In this document: positions 40,514 through 53,844 of the stretch, piece by piece | Position numbering within the stretch: the stretch's first letter is position 1 | How the letters are laid out: every line of letters begins with the position of its first letter | Source of the DNA: Vicugna vicugna | Taxonomy: Eukaryota | Assembly: GCA_013265495.1 (NCBI GenBank) | Contig: MU058650.1 | Span: 585,394-649,393 of the forward strand | Direction of reading: 5' to 3' | DNA length: 64,000 nt | Made by a program: the position numbers and the translations under genes | The notes under the pieces: model-generated | Databases searched by the model: none | Told to the model about the DNA's origin: nothing | Seen by the model: the letters and a program-made list of their open reading frames with translations, nothing else

Positions 40514-41543
40514 AGGAGGCATAACACCTAGGGGACCTCTTGGGAAAAAAGAAAGAGATTTAAAAAAATGAAGATGGAAGAACATTATTTGTTACAACAT
40601 TACCAGGCATACTTTTCTTAATTACAAATTAATGATTTCACAAAGAACTCACATAAATCAATAACGAAAAGAATGATCCAGTAGAAAAATGATTAAAATG
40701 TATGAATGTAGAGTCACAAAGATACAAATATCAAAAACTGATGACATGCGAAAAGAAACTCAATTCTATTCACAATTTAAAGCAATTCACTTCCCAAAAA
40801 ATTGAGGTAGTATTTTGTGCTTACCAAATAGACAAGAATTCAAATACTCACTGATATCTAATACTCAGTAGCATATAGGAAAGCAGGCTCTCTCGTGCAC
40901 TTAGAGAGAACAGTTTTAAATTGGTGAAATCATTCTGGAAGGAGAATTCAGCAATATCTTTTAAAGTTTAAATAATAATAATGTTACTCAATAGTGACAC
41001 TTGCAAAAGTATACCCAGATTTACGAAGATGTTTTTGGCACTATTGTTTGTTATAATAAAACAAAGAAAAGCTACAAAAATACCAATCAATAGGTGATTA
41101 ATTGGTTAAAAAAGAAAGATCATATATCCATAAAATAGAACATTATGCAGCTTTTGTATAAGAATGAGATATTCTGTGAGTGTTGACATTAAATGAAAAG
41201 ATAAAATACAGAACATAATATAAACATGTCCCCATTTGTTTTTTATATACAAACATTAAAGTGTTTGAAGGAAACACCAGGAATTATTTAACAGTGACTG
41301 TCCTTGGAAAAAGGGCAAGAGAATCAGTGTAAGAAAGAAAAATGTGTGTGTGTACTTAAGTGTGTAAAAACAAAGCTTTTATTTTTAATCAAAATGTCAT
41401 TGGGTTATTTGGGCAGGAAAATTATGAACCATTTCATTTTGCATTTCTATGTATCAAAATACAAATAACTAAATGCTATACAATTTAAGAAGAGAAAATT
41501 TGGGCTTAGAAATGACAATAAAAATTGTTTTTAAATATCTTTA

Positions 41544-41940
41544 TGGAATGGGAAGGGATAAATCGGGAGTTCGAAATTTGCACCTCTTGGGGAGTGATAG
41601 AAATGTTAGCTATCTTGATTGTGATGGTGGTTTCGTATGTGTGTACATCTATAAAAATTCATCAAATTGTACATCTGAAATATTTGTAGTTTACTGTACA
41701 GGAATTATGCCACAATAAAGACATTAAAAAAACGAAAAACCAAACAAAACTCCCACATTATTGTAAAAGAAACTTACATGTATAAGTAAATTTCCTAGAT
41801 AATTGATAAAAAAATACTTTGTAATGGCCTATAACAAAAAAGAATATGAAAAGGAATATATATATGTATAAATGAATCACTGTGCTGCACACCAGAAATT
41901 AACACAACATTGTAAAATGACTATACTTCAATAAAAAATA
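41544..41940 (+). mobile_element. Chimeric L1 3' insertion (young L1 / old L1M 3' end / unassigned / young L1 tip)
   Basis: TSD aaatatcttta at 41533-41543 and 41941-41951 encloses all parts. Confidence 0.75.
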
Positions 41941-42464
41941 AAATATCTTTAATGGCTCCCCAACCAATTGAGAACATGATCCAGAGTTCTAATAGCGGTC
42001 TGAATCCTAGACCCTGCATGACATGGCCTTGTCTGCCACCCTCTACCACTATTGTTTGCTACGAAACAATATCCTTACTCTATTCTTTTAATTTATCAAA
42101 TATCCCATACAGCCTCCGGACTTTTGCACATGCCTCCCCACTCCCAGAGATACTCTTCCTCTGACTTTGTATGGCTAGCGCCTCATCCCTTAGGTCTTGG
42201 TCTAAACGTCACCTTTTCAAAGGTCTTTTACTACTTATTCTAACTAAAGATGATCCCTCATTCGCAATTATTAGCTCAGGTCCTGGCTTGATTCCTTCGT
42301 ATTACCCTGTAATTCTTTTGTTTATTTTTCCCCATGAATTTTTTGGGAGGAGGGGGCTGGACCTTCCATTAAGACATAAATTCCTTGAGGTTAGGGAACC
42401 GTGTTTGTTCTGTTCACATTTGCGTCCATCCCCAGTGCCTTGCACACAGTAGGTGTTCAAAAAA

Positions 42465-42596
42465 TAGAGTGACCATATACTTGATCATCCAAACAAGGAC
42501 ACCTTCAAGAAAGTAAGGGTGGGGTGAATAATTCTTCCAGGGTCACATGTATAAACAGCAGAGTCCCAGATAAACTTAAAAATATATTTGCCCCAT
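42465..42596. mobile_element. MER81-like hAT MITE
   Basis: tagagtgaccatatacttgatcatccaaacaaggacacc...gtcccagataaac...tttgccccat, with degenerate TAGGGTGACC TIRs. Confidence 0.6.
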
Positions 42597-42779
42597 CAAA
42601 AAGCACTTGCAAAGTGCATGAGTGACCATTGATAATGTGAGGCTTAAAGATTTCATTAGGAAAAAGAGACAACTCAAAACAGACGAGTATTAAGAATTTG
42701 CTATTAAAAGTTATTTTCTAATCTCCCCCTCCCCTTCCTTTTTGCAGTTTCTTGTTTCCACTATGCATAAACGAGGATG

Positions 42780-43190
42780 GCAAGGCTTCCAATTTTCATT
42801 TTGATTTGACCTTCAGAGGTAATTCAGCCAGCTAATCCGTAGGCTCTGCCCAGACCAGCACCCTTCTTCTCCATCCCAGTCACTGTCCCTTCATCGCACT
42901 TACCTGGAAAACAGAACTGCGCGAAGCGTCCTCAAGAAAATATTTCTAACTTAGACTGGGGTTTTCTCGAGGCAGAATTCAAAACCCCAATTAAACATGT
43001 TGCACATTTTTCTCTAAATCGTGACAACTATACATGAATGAGAATCAATTTTATTTCCCACTGCTTGGCCAGATTAGATTACAAATTAGTAAGGATTTAT
43101 TCACATATACGCCATGATCATTCTTATTAAATACCTCAGCCTTGCACAACACTCTGGAGCGCCTTTCATTTATTAAAGCTCTTGCACACA
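42780..43190 (-). promoter_or_regulatory. Repeat-free promoter/enhancer-like patch with a perfect donor CAG|GTAAGT (exon end 42904)
   Basis: Several retained CpGs, TAATCC/TAATCT homeodomain motifs, consensus 5' splice site. Confidence 0.3.
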
Positions 43191-43349
43191 CATATGCATG
43201 TAAACACGCACATACACACACACACTCATACACTGAAGCAAAGGCAGCCTACAAGCATGTAATTCCTGAAATTCCAGGATGTGCAAACATTTAAGGGGAC
43301 AGGCACAATCTTTTGCAATTTTTTGAGAAAATAGTAAGAATTGGATGAA

Positions 43350-43530
43350 CCAAAGTTCAAGCCAGGCTCAACCAAGAACTATAGAATTAGCCTTTTCCCC
43401 CTCAGTTTCTCATCTTTCCTAATTAGGTCAATATTATCTAACTTGTGGGATTTTGTGGGGATTAGGTGGGAATCAAATAGCAATGAGCACAGTACCTAGC
43501 ATAAATTAAACGTTCAGCAAATGCTAGTTT
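43350..43530 (+). mobile_element. MIR relic
   Basis: cctcagtttctcatct...gtggggattag...cacagtacctagcata...cagcaaatgctag. Confidence 0.65.
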
Positions 43531-45773
43531 CTTTGTACTTTATCTCCCCACCTCAGGGCTCTAGAAGAGACCCTCGGCGTCATTTCCATGGCATCGACTG
43601 AACATGGTGCTTTGGGGTGGGGAGGATAAGGAGCTGGCGGCGGGGGGTAAAGAGTCACACTGACTCTTACTCTCCGGATGGAACTGTTTTGCTTTCTTGA
43701 AACTGCTGCCTGTCCACCCTCCTCTCTGACTCATGAGAGCCTTTTTTTAGTAGCTGCAGCTTCCAGATACATGATGTTCTAACAAGCCAACTTGATAATA
43801 CAAGTCCGCTTTTACACTTTTAACTTGACTCTAAGAAATAAGCAATGATACTTTTAAGTTTTGGGTTTTTTTTTTTTAATATAAAATGCTCTATGTAAAA
43901 GAAGCATCTCCTTCATCCTGGGAAAGCCTGAGTAACTGCCTTGAGAGTCTGGGATGAGGCAAAAATCAAAAGCGTCAATCAGCAGTGGATAAGGGCCAAA
44001 GGTTTATTGAGGCTCTGGATTGAATGAGAGTGTGTGTGTCTGGGTGGCACTGCTTGGTGACACCACAAGCTAGACCCTGAAGGTTGTTTTTGAGATGATA
44101 AAATATCCATGGTATCAAATCAGACACATCCCAAGGTCCTGTTGCAGCAACTCCCATGAAGATTGCAAATACTGACTTTGCTGCAGTCCCCAAGCTCTCC
44201 ATCACCATTACCACTGACCTCTCCACATCAACCACTTTGCTCAGATCTCCGACAGAAGAGGAAGAATTGTCTCTTTTTACCAGGTTTCCAAAAGAGTAGC
44301 TCGGCCCTTCAATTTTACAGCACTCTGGGCTAAACAGAAGTCACTACTGCTCAAAGGACACAACATCAAGTCCTGTTCAAGTCCAGGATCCCAGGAGGAA
44401 GCTGGCGAACTACAACCAGCTGGTAGCAGCACTGAGCCTTCCTTCCTCCACGAGGGAACTCATGCCAAAGTCTAAATCTTGGCAAATGTGTTTGCAACTC
44501 CCCCTAATTTCTGTGGTTCAAAATAGGAATATAATTAGTAATCAGTATCTGAAGTTTCTCTTTGTCTATATAAGGCTCCATCCAGCTCAAAATATTTTAG
44601 TATCTTTTCTTTCCTTCAGCAATGTTAAATGAAGCATTGCAAATTCTGCCTTACACAAAACACTTAAAAAAAAAAAACAACAAATCCCAGAAATGTATGA
44701 TTATTTAAATTCAATTTCATAAGGACTGTTTACTGCTTGAAAAAAGAAAAGTAATTTTAAAAATGGTTACTAATATCTTTGGCTAACAAATACAACAAAA
44801 TAAAGTAGACTAAAGGCTGAATGTAAGTGTATTTAGTGTAAATGAATGATATGTTATAAATATGACGCATATTTAGATTCATAACAACCTCCTACTCCAG
44901 GCCCCTCCTTACTGACAATGGATTAGAAATGGTAAGAGGCCAAATGAGGTGTATGTGATGGTTCCTTTTATCTTAGAATTGGCAGAGCGATGTCAGACCT
45001 CATGAGCATTTGGTTGATTTTTAAAACTGTTGGCTGCATTGATGCATTTCCACTTTGTCTCTTTTGAAGAGCACCCTTCCCTTCTCACAGGCTTGGGTTC
45101 CCTGCAAAAGACGCAAGCTCAGATCTGAACACCTCTCTGAGGTCCCCTGCACCTGCAAGTAGTCACCTCAACCTCTCACCTTGCTCACCTGGTGTTTCAA
45201 CCTAACACGCGAAGTTGGCCTGCCTGCTTTGGAGCCAGGCAGACCTGAATTTTAATTCTCTCTACAGTTTTTTCCACCTTTGATTTCCTTTTTCTTCTGT
45301 TCCATCCATGATTTCTTGATCAAAGTATTATCATTTCTGAATTTACTTCCACAGCTTTAAAATAACGATGATAATATTGTTTCATAGTTCTCCTGGGAAG
45401 ATTAAATAGGCTAGGGTATCAAACATCCCTAGTGTGGCGCTACGAACCTCTAAAATGTAAACTAGAACACTTACAGTCCCTAGACTTCCTCCTGAGACCC
45501 TAGTGTTGAATAATTACCCCTAAGGGCAATGTCAGTTACACACTATTTACTTCAGCCTAGCCCAAGATGCGGTAAAATTAGTGGTGATGATGGCTGTACT
45601 GAAATGCAGGTGACAATCACATTGACCAAGTGAATTGCCCCTGTGTTGAATGAGTTATCATCAAAGATAAGGTTCCTGGAATGTAACTAACAGAGAGCCA
45701 CTTAGAATAAAACTTTCTTCACCTTTATTCTGTTCATGATGTTATAATAAGGACATGTATTTTAAAAACAGTC

Positions 45774-46256
45774 TGTATTGTTTATCCATTGCTGTGTAAA
45801 AAATTTAACCTCAAAATTCAGCAGCTGTAACATAAGCAAAAAAGGCAGTTTCTTTGAGTCAGAACTCAGGAACGGTTTGGTTGGAAGCCTCTGTCTCACA
45901 GTCTCTCATGAAATTGCATTCAAGCTATTAGCTGGGGCTGTGGTCTCATCCAAAGGCTTGATGGCTGGAGGATAGAGGGGGACCCACTTTCAACCCTATT
46001 CACAAGGTTGTTGGGAAGCCCTGGTCTCTCCCCATGAGGGCCTTTCAACAGGACAAGTGGTCTAAGAGAACGAGAGAAGGTCCAAGACACAAGAAAGTCT
46101 TTTTATAACCTAATCTGACGGACAGTATCTCATTACTTCTGCCATATTCTGTTCACTAGCAGTAAGTGACTCAGTTTATTCCACACTCATTGGGAGAGAA
46201 TGACACATGGGTTTGAATACCCAGAGGTGGGGAATTACTGGGGACTACCAACCACA
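45774..46256 (-). mobile_element. MaLR solo LTR (MLT1F-like)
   Basis: tgtattgtttatccattgctgtgtaa...tctctcatgaaattgcattcaagc...ttttataacctaatc...acttctgccatattctgttc...ctaccaaccaca. Confidence 0.75.
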
Positions 46257-49200
46257 TAGTCACTGACACAAATATTTCTGTCTGAAAACAAGGCTCATTA
46301 ACCACTCTGTGATGGTGTCCACTTCACTGAGTTCCTGAATTGGCAGGTCACTGCTGCTCTCTCCTCCACTTTTCGAAGTTGAGAGGACCTAGAAAACTTT
46401 CATTAGAGTTCATCTCTAGTAAGTACATCACAGTGCTTCCAACCATGTTCACAGTCAATGAGGACTTACTGCAGTTTCAGGATGGGCCTTCATGGAAAAG
46501 GTAAGTGGAGAGCATGGGCCGAAAGATCCATTGTCCCTGGTACATTTGTCCAGATGCTACCTGTGCAAGCCAAGGTAATGCAAGGTAGAACTCTGTGCAT
46601 TCCCTGGATGGTCTTTGTACTTACAAGTCTTCCATCCAAAGCACAGATGTTTCCATAAACCTTAGTTCAGTTCTTTGGAAAGCCTTTGAAGCCACAGTGA
46701 AATACACTGATGTATTACATTTAAAGATGTTACCCTTGGAGTTTGCTAAATATTTCTCTTGTGACATGAACAAGTTTACATGACATATATGACCTAATTT
46801 CTAGTGAGGGTGGCATTTGAGCACTAAAGATAATAAGGTTCTTTATATTGGTATCCTACTGAGAATTTGGTTAGAAGGTTTTGAAAATAATGCATAAGCA
46901 TATAATGACTTTTAATTTTGTGCCTGGAGGAAGAGAAATAATGTTTAAACACTACTGCAACTTAGAGATTACCAACAATACAAACTGTTCATTTGAAAGC
47001 TAAGCATTTTAAAGAAAGAGAAAAAAAAGATTTCTACGAGATCATAAAAGAATTATATTATATCTATGACAGTAGCAACTTCAAAAGTATTTTTATTGTC
47101 ACGAGGGCAAGAACTATCTCTCTGGCAACTTCAGAAAGTGAAAAAATAGGTACAGCTAGTTTTATATCGTCAGTTAGAAATTTTCACCAAAATTATGATT
47201 CTACTCAATTCTTGAAGTGATGGCCTAGAGGAGAGTTTGCCTGATCTGAAATATAATTTCCTTTGACACACTCTGAGTCACTCCATAAATATTTTCATAC
47301 TTAATTTCCATTTTAAAAAATACAGAAAATGGCTTTTATCACATTCCCAGAGGAATCAAAATCTATACTACAATGTATCTACATTGCACTTCTACCAAGA
47401 AATGACACATAGGTTTAATGCCCCAAATCTTATCTCGAGAAAGGCAGTTAATATATATTTTATATTCAGTAGCTAGTAAGGCACTTGGCACACAGTAGAT
47501 GTCAACAAATACTGGTTGTTGAATCGCGCCCCAGTATTCACCAGGCACACTCCACCGGTATCATTGTCTTTTGTTCTCCACCCGCACCAAACAGCTTTAT
47601 TCAGGCATAATTTACATACCATAGGATTCATTCAGGGAGTAGAACTTATGTCCTTTGCTGGAAGGGCCAAATCTCACCTATTACTTGCAAAGCTCCTTCT
47701 AAGGGGCTCCTGCCTAGAGTCTCCTTCTTAACTACACCCGCATAAGTCACCATGTTATTGCCACATCACACCCTCAAACTACCAAGTAGCCGATTCAGTG
47801 AGGAATGACTTCAGACCCAAAGGCCACAGGTATCCCTTAACCCGCCAGGTAGATAATAGGAAAATTCTGCCCAGGAGGGAAGATGGTGATCACCTGTACT
47901 GATCACTTTTTCTGAGAGAATTTAAACTTGAGACACAGAGAACTGAAGACCCAGAAGCTAAACCACAACCCCCAGGGCATAACAGAGACTGCATGAGAAG
48001 CTGTTATCACACTAACGGAGAGAACACAGCATCTCTACTGGAAGGAGTCAACGAGAGATTCCTCTCCCTGGACCTGAGAGACCATTCCAACCCAACTCCA
48101 CGGAGGAGTGAACGAGCCTGAACTAGTGACTGACACACAACGTTTGCCAGCGTTCACGGCAGCCAGTGCTGTGACCGGTCTCCTAAGATAGCCTAACAGT
48201 TTATCTTGACCCTTCCTGTGACTATTTCAGCAACTCTGTACCCAGTCCTTGCACACAAAACTTCTTTGATCATGTCATGCAAGCATCAGAGGCATGTTTA
48301 TTGCCTTGAGCTGCTAGAGAGATTGGGGAGCTCAGTAATTATTTTCCCCTAAGTCATTGCCAAAGCAAGTTTGCTTCTAATAAAAATGATAGTAGCATTA
48401 CCTTACATTTGCTGAGCACTTACACTTTACCTAGCCCAACTTTTTCTCTTTTTCGAAATTTGAAATACAGGAATTTTAATGAAATAGACCAGACATAAAA
48501 TGTATGGGAGACTTTGGAAAACTGTGCAAGGAAATGGGAACATTTTTAGACTAACACTGAATTATACACACTCATGCATGCATACATACAAGTATATGAG
48601 GCTGTCCACATACACACATACACATACACATACACACAGTTCACTTATCCAGAGGTCATGTATTTGGCATTTACAACCAACCTGATCACAGTTGAAAGGT
48701 GGGATTTAGAACTGGCTTCTGAGATATCCAAATGGATGTAGCATGACATACTTCAATACTCATGGAAACACTTTGGTCCCTTCAGGAGGTACCCACTTGA
48801 TTTTGTTATAATTATTCAAACAAACTTTAGCCCACCTTTTGCTGATTGAAAGTCAAGAGTCAAGCCAGGGCTGCCAGATGCTAAATCCAGAACACCGAGC
48901 CACTGAGAACACAGCCCTGGATTTACTGGCTTCAAGGGGTACGGGTCTAACCCTTGGACCTCCCAGGGAGAGATGAGGTCAGAAGAGGACCTAGGGAAAT
49001 ATGTATAGAACCTGATGCTCTGCAGGAGTGTGGAAAGGGATTGTGCCTTAAAAAGATACTGGACGGCTTTCCAGGTCCCTTGAGATCTAGCTTTGTGCAA
49101 TTTCAGTTCTTCCGTAAAGACTGATTTTGTGGGAGAAATTACTGTCTTGTTTATTTCTGTTGACGCCCTCACAATAAACTCCTATTACTTAAGGTAGTTA

Positions 49201-49276
49201 TAAGTATATCTCAGCTTCTCGAAATGTAAAAACAAAACAAACAAACAAAATCTCTGGCTAAAACATATGCTGTTGT

Positions 49277-50976
49277 GGAAGCAGGCCAGGATGGCAGGGG
49301 ACAGACACCCACAGCTCGCCCTGGCCCACAAACACACCAAGAATTACATCTACAGGACCACTGGCTCGCACAGAGCACCTACTGAACTCTGGCAGAGTGC
49401 ATCTTGATTTGAAATACAGGCGAATTCTCACAAATTCTGGTAGGAGAAAAAAAGAAAAGAAAAATAGTGTGGGACTGGTCTTGCAGGGAGGGAGTGGCAA
49501 AGGCACCCTCATGCTGCGATGCCCCCTCTCCAGCCGGGAGGTCAGTGGGGAAAGAAGCGGGGCTTCCGATGCTCAGAGGAGAAAGCGACAGCCACTTGGT
49601 GGATAGAACTGACAGAAACTGGCATAGAGGGTCCCTGTGATCCCCAGCCCTAGACACGAGCTGGCAGGGACAAGCTGGGACTGGCTGCTGGAGAGCGGTG
49701 ACAAGCCTGGGGAGAGGGCTGGGGCCCACCACACAGAGGCAGCCTCAGGGGATGGAAGGCTGATGTGATCTCTGCATGGGGGTCTTGGGGAGGGACCTAA
49801 CACAGCCACACCATAGCCCTTGTCTCCCCTTGGCGCCGCTGTTGGTGTGTTCTCATGAGAAGAGCGGTGGGGCTCAGTCACAGCCAATCTGCTGTGTGGA
49901 GGCAGGGCTGAAAGCTGAATCCATACTCCGGCCCTACAACTTCACAAGCGCGTCTGATATTTGTTTACAGCCCCAGGCAGAGAAGATGGATTTGGTCTGT
50001 GGGTGTCTTTGTGAACCTGCATCTCTAGGATAAATAGGCAGTGAGTGGAATTCTGGCATATGGTGGAGGCAAGTACAGGCATTTACAACAGGCCGGTGTA
50101 CCATACCATACGTGGAGGTGGGGCTGGGGTCTGCGCTGACCCGTGGCACACCATGGATTCAGGTGAGCGACTGCACACTCAGTGTGGTGGGTCCTAGTCC
50201 CTGACATTGGTGGATCTGTGCTGGTGGTTTTGGGAGCCCAGAACCTGGGGAACACCAGAGCAGGTAGCTGACATTTCCATAGCTAATGCAGGGACAAAGA
50301 CAGCATCCAATAATAAAGCTGGAGGAAAACCCATCCCGGACTTCAGACAATACTGCAGGGCTACAGTAATCAAAACTGCATGGTATTGGTACAAAGACAT
50401 ATGGACCAATGGAACAGAACAGAGAGCCCAGAAATAAAACCACAAACTTTTGGTCAATTCATCTTTGATGAAGGAGGCAAGAACATGCAATGGAATAAAG
50501 ACGGTCTCTTCAGCAAATGGTGTTGGGAAAACTAGACAGCAGCATGCAAATCAGTGAAGTTAGAACACTCCCTCACACCATATGTAAAAATAAACTCAAA
50601 ACGGCTTAAAGACTTAAACGTAAGACAAGACACTTCTCCTAGAAGAAAACATAGGCAAAAAAATTATGTGACGTAAATTTTAGCAATGCTCTCCTAGGGC
50701 AGTCTACCCAGGCAATAGAAATAAAAGCAAAAATAAACAAATGGGACCTAATTCAACTTATAAGCTTTTGCACAGCAAAGGAAATCATAAGCAAAACAAA
50801 AAGACAACCTACAGAATGGAGAAAATATTTGCAAAAGATGAGACTGACAAGGGCTTAATTTCCAGGATATATAAGCAGCTCATACAACTTAATAAAATAA
50901 AAAAAAACCCAATCCCAAAATGGGCAGAAGACCTAAACAAGCAATTCTCTGATGAAGACATAGGCACATGAAAAAA
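49277..50976 (+). mobile_element. L1 5' UTR fused directly to the distal part of ORF2; 3'-truncated
   Basis: 5' UTR homologous to 8194-9280; junction at ~50310 into aaagctggagg...gacttcagacaatac (KAGG..PDFRQY, TAWYW); ends at gcacatgaaaaaa; no TSD seen. Confidence 0.9.
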
Positions 50977-51018
50977 CTATTTTTTTAAGCATTATCTACT
51001 TTGAAATGTTCTCCTTAT

Positions 51019-51950
51019 ACAGGCATACCTCATTTTATTGTGCTTTGCTTTACTATGCTTCAAAAATAATGCATTTTTAACAGTTAAATACTTGTGGTAA
51101 CCCTGCAGTGGGCAAGTCCATCAGCTCTGTTTTTCCAACAACATTTGCTCACTTCCTATCTAGGTCACATTTTGACAATTCTCCCAATATTTCAGGCTTT
51201 TTCATTATTATCATACTTGTTATTATGAAATAAAACTCAGACTTTATGGCAAGACAAGAAAAATTTAAACAAAAATGTCCTCTGCCCTCTGGTCTCCCCC
51301 CCCCCCACCCCACTGCATCTTGTATCTGCATTACGCATTGACCAGCTTGCCCCCATTGGCAGAAATACCTGCTTGGCCATAAAAAGCATAAGACAGCTCC
51401 TTCAAGACAATGTTCCTTCTTGGTTTTGTCGGGGGGTCACATGGCTTAGATCTGGATTATGTAAACTGTCAATAATATGCAATTTGATGCACAGCCCTCT
51501 GTCTCAAGAAACTTATGTAACTGTGCCTTGACTTCTAACGGGTAAAACAGTTCTCAGAGCTGTCTGAGGTGCTCTTCCCAGGTTATAACCCTCGAATTTG
51601 GCTTGAATAACATTTTCCACTTCTTCCTTAGATTGACTGATTAATTTTGCATCAACATTATGATCATCTGTGATCGGTGATCTTTGGTGTTACTATTATG
51701 GCTCATTGAAGGTTCAGGTGATACTTAGCTTTTTTTAGCAATAAACTATTTTTAAGTACAGTATGTCCTTTTTTTTTTTTTAGAGATAATGCTATTGTAC
51801 ATTTATAGACTATAATACAGTGTAAACATACCTTTATATGCACTGAGAAACCAAAAACTTCATGTGACATTTCTAACACTTATGGTGATACTTGATTTAC
51901 TGTGGCGGTCCTAGAACTGGAACCCCAGCAGTATCTTTGAGGTGCGCCTT
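51019..51950 (+). mobile_element. Internally deleted Tigger1 DNA transposon
   Basis: tacaggcatacctcattttattgtgctttgcttt left end; gtatctttgaggtgcgcct degenerate right TIR; interrupted by an LTR. Confidence 0.85.
51224..51657 (+). mobile_element. ERV1-type solo LTR nested in Tigger1
   Basis: Ends ...gcatcaaca; 4-bp TSD ttat (51220-51223 / 51658-51661); Tigger1 sequence rejoins across it. Confidence 0.8.
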
Positions 51951-53844
51951 TGTGAAAAATCAGACAAATGATCATTTCAAGTATATGAGAAATATTTTTG
52001 GGTAATAAAGTCTTATGTAAGATTCCTAGAAGAACAGCAAATAATATATACTTATATAGTCAAACACGCACACACACATGCATGCACTAAACTTTTTATC
52101 TGCATATGAAAAACTTCATAATTTATTTAATCCTTAAATACATTTTCCTATGTGTAGGATATGAACATCAATCAGAATTTTAAAGAGTAAAAACACCTTA
52201 ACAAGAGGAAATAAAGGATAATAATAGCAGAATGTAAATAACATGTCTGACAGAAAGTATCATTGCAAGTCTGTTTGGATTTGCTAATGCAGCAATAGCA
52301 TTCTAATTTTCCCTACATCATTTTTTCCATTTGATTTCAGAATTCTGCTAAAAACTTGAACATCCAAAACTAAAGGGCAAGAACAAAAATAGAAGTGCAA
52401 TTCCTTTGCATTCCTAAGCAGTAAGCTCCCCCATCCTTTTGCAACATTTTGACTTCATTCGACACACAATGGGCTACCCTACTCCATCTTAGTTACAAAT
52501 GCAAGAGAGCCAGGCATACCGAATAGAGTAAGTTTTCCACTGAGTAAGTAATGGGGATTATATCATCCCTTTTATGTTTCCTTCATTTCTCCTTCCCAGT
52601 ACTTATTTTAAGTATTTGAATTGCTACTTTACAGTGATATCTATTGTCTGAACAGTGGGCTTTTAAAGAACGACACTTTTTTTTCTACACCATGAATCTG
52701 AAATTTTGAATTTCTGCTAATCACTTTCTTACAGACCTGATCTAGGAGGGTATTCAAGCATCTTTATTTTCCCAGTCTTCAGCTCCACTGAGAGTTTCTA
52801 TTTTATAAAAACAAACCTATGTAGATATTTTGTTAATATCTCGGTGAAGTTAACTTTAAAATTCCACTCCACTGAATTCAATTACCCAAACTTACTCTGA
52901 TGGCACACACTAAAATAGAGGAAAGATACTAATATTCTAACATTTTGACTGCTTATTACTGTCATCATAATCAAGGAGAATGGAAAGGCAATACACCTGC
53001 TGTATTCACTCACTCAACAGCATGGTGTAACATCATTTTATACTTTGGCATATACAAAATAAAGTTAAGGCAAAATCTATGCCCTGAATATAGGCAATTT
53101 ATAATATTGAAGTGACACAACATATATATAATTTCTGCTATTTGTGAGGTCAATTCTTTAAATTTGAGCAAAATGTCATGTTGTATGTGGAACTACCCAG
53201 TATGATTAATTGCTATTATTTACTTAGAACCATTAAGAACATTTATCAGCCATAATAAACTATAATTGTAAAAAAATTTTAATGAATCCTTTGTCTTCTT
53301 GTCTTAGCCTATAAACAATTTTGTTCTTGAAAAGGGAAAAATTCCTCTTGGTTCGTTTAACAGTTATTCAGCCCCTAGTGTTTACTAAACATAGTTTGAA
53401 GCCCCAGGAATACAAAGATAGTGAAAAGATAATCTCTTCTTATAGGCACTCAGGTTCTAATCTTGAAGACACACACACACACATATAGGTAACTACCAAG
53501 CACAAAGTAAGTGTTAAAGAGGTAACCAAGCAGGGCCCTATTGTCATTGGTGACCATATGCTATTTATAACTGCTTAATTGTATAATAGTTTAAGTGGCT
53601 TTTCTCATGCGCCTGCCCACCAGGGTTAGGCTGAAGAGACAGGGGGCTTGGGCAGTCCACCTAACCCCCTCGTGGTGCTTCATGCAGGGATCATGCTCAG
53701 TGCCCTGCTCTTGCCCCCAGTACCCTGCTTTTAATCCTGATGCTTCAGAAATGGCAGTTGGGTGTGTTGTGCATCTTGTTCATAACTTGCCCTAACTATG
53801 CATGTCTGCAGTTATTTTTAGCCCCTTATACTTTCTTTGTATTT

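Larger units (their letters stand above)
39430..42465 (+). mobile_element. L2 relic split by an old L1M (~40230-41530), a SINE and a chimeric young L1
   Basis: L2-like ctgaaaacgcctc (40198) resumes as aatggctccc (41951); L2 3' end cccagtgccttgcacacagtaggtgttcaa. Confidence 0.65.
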
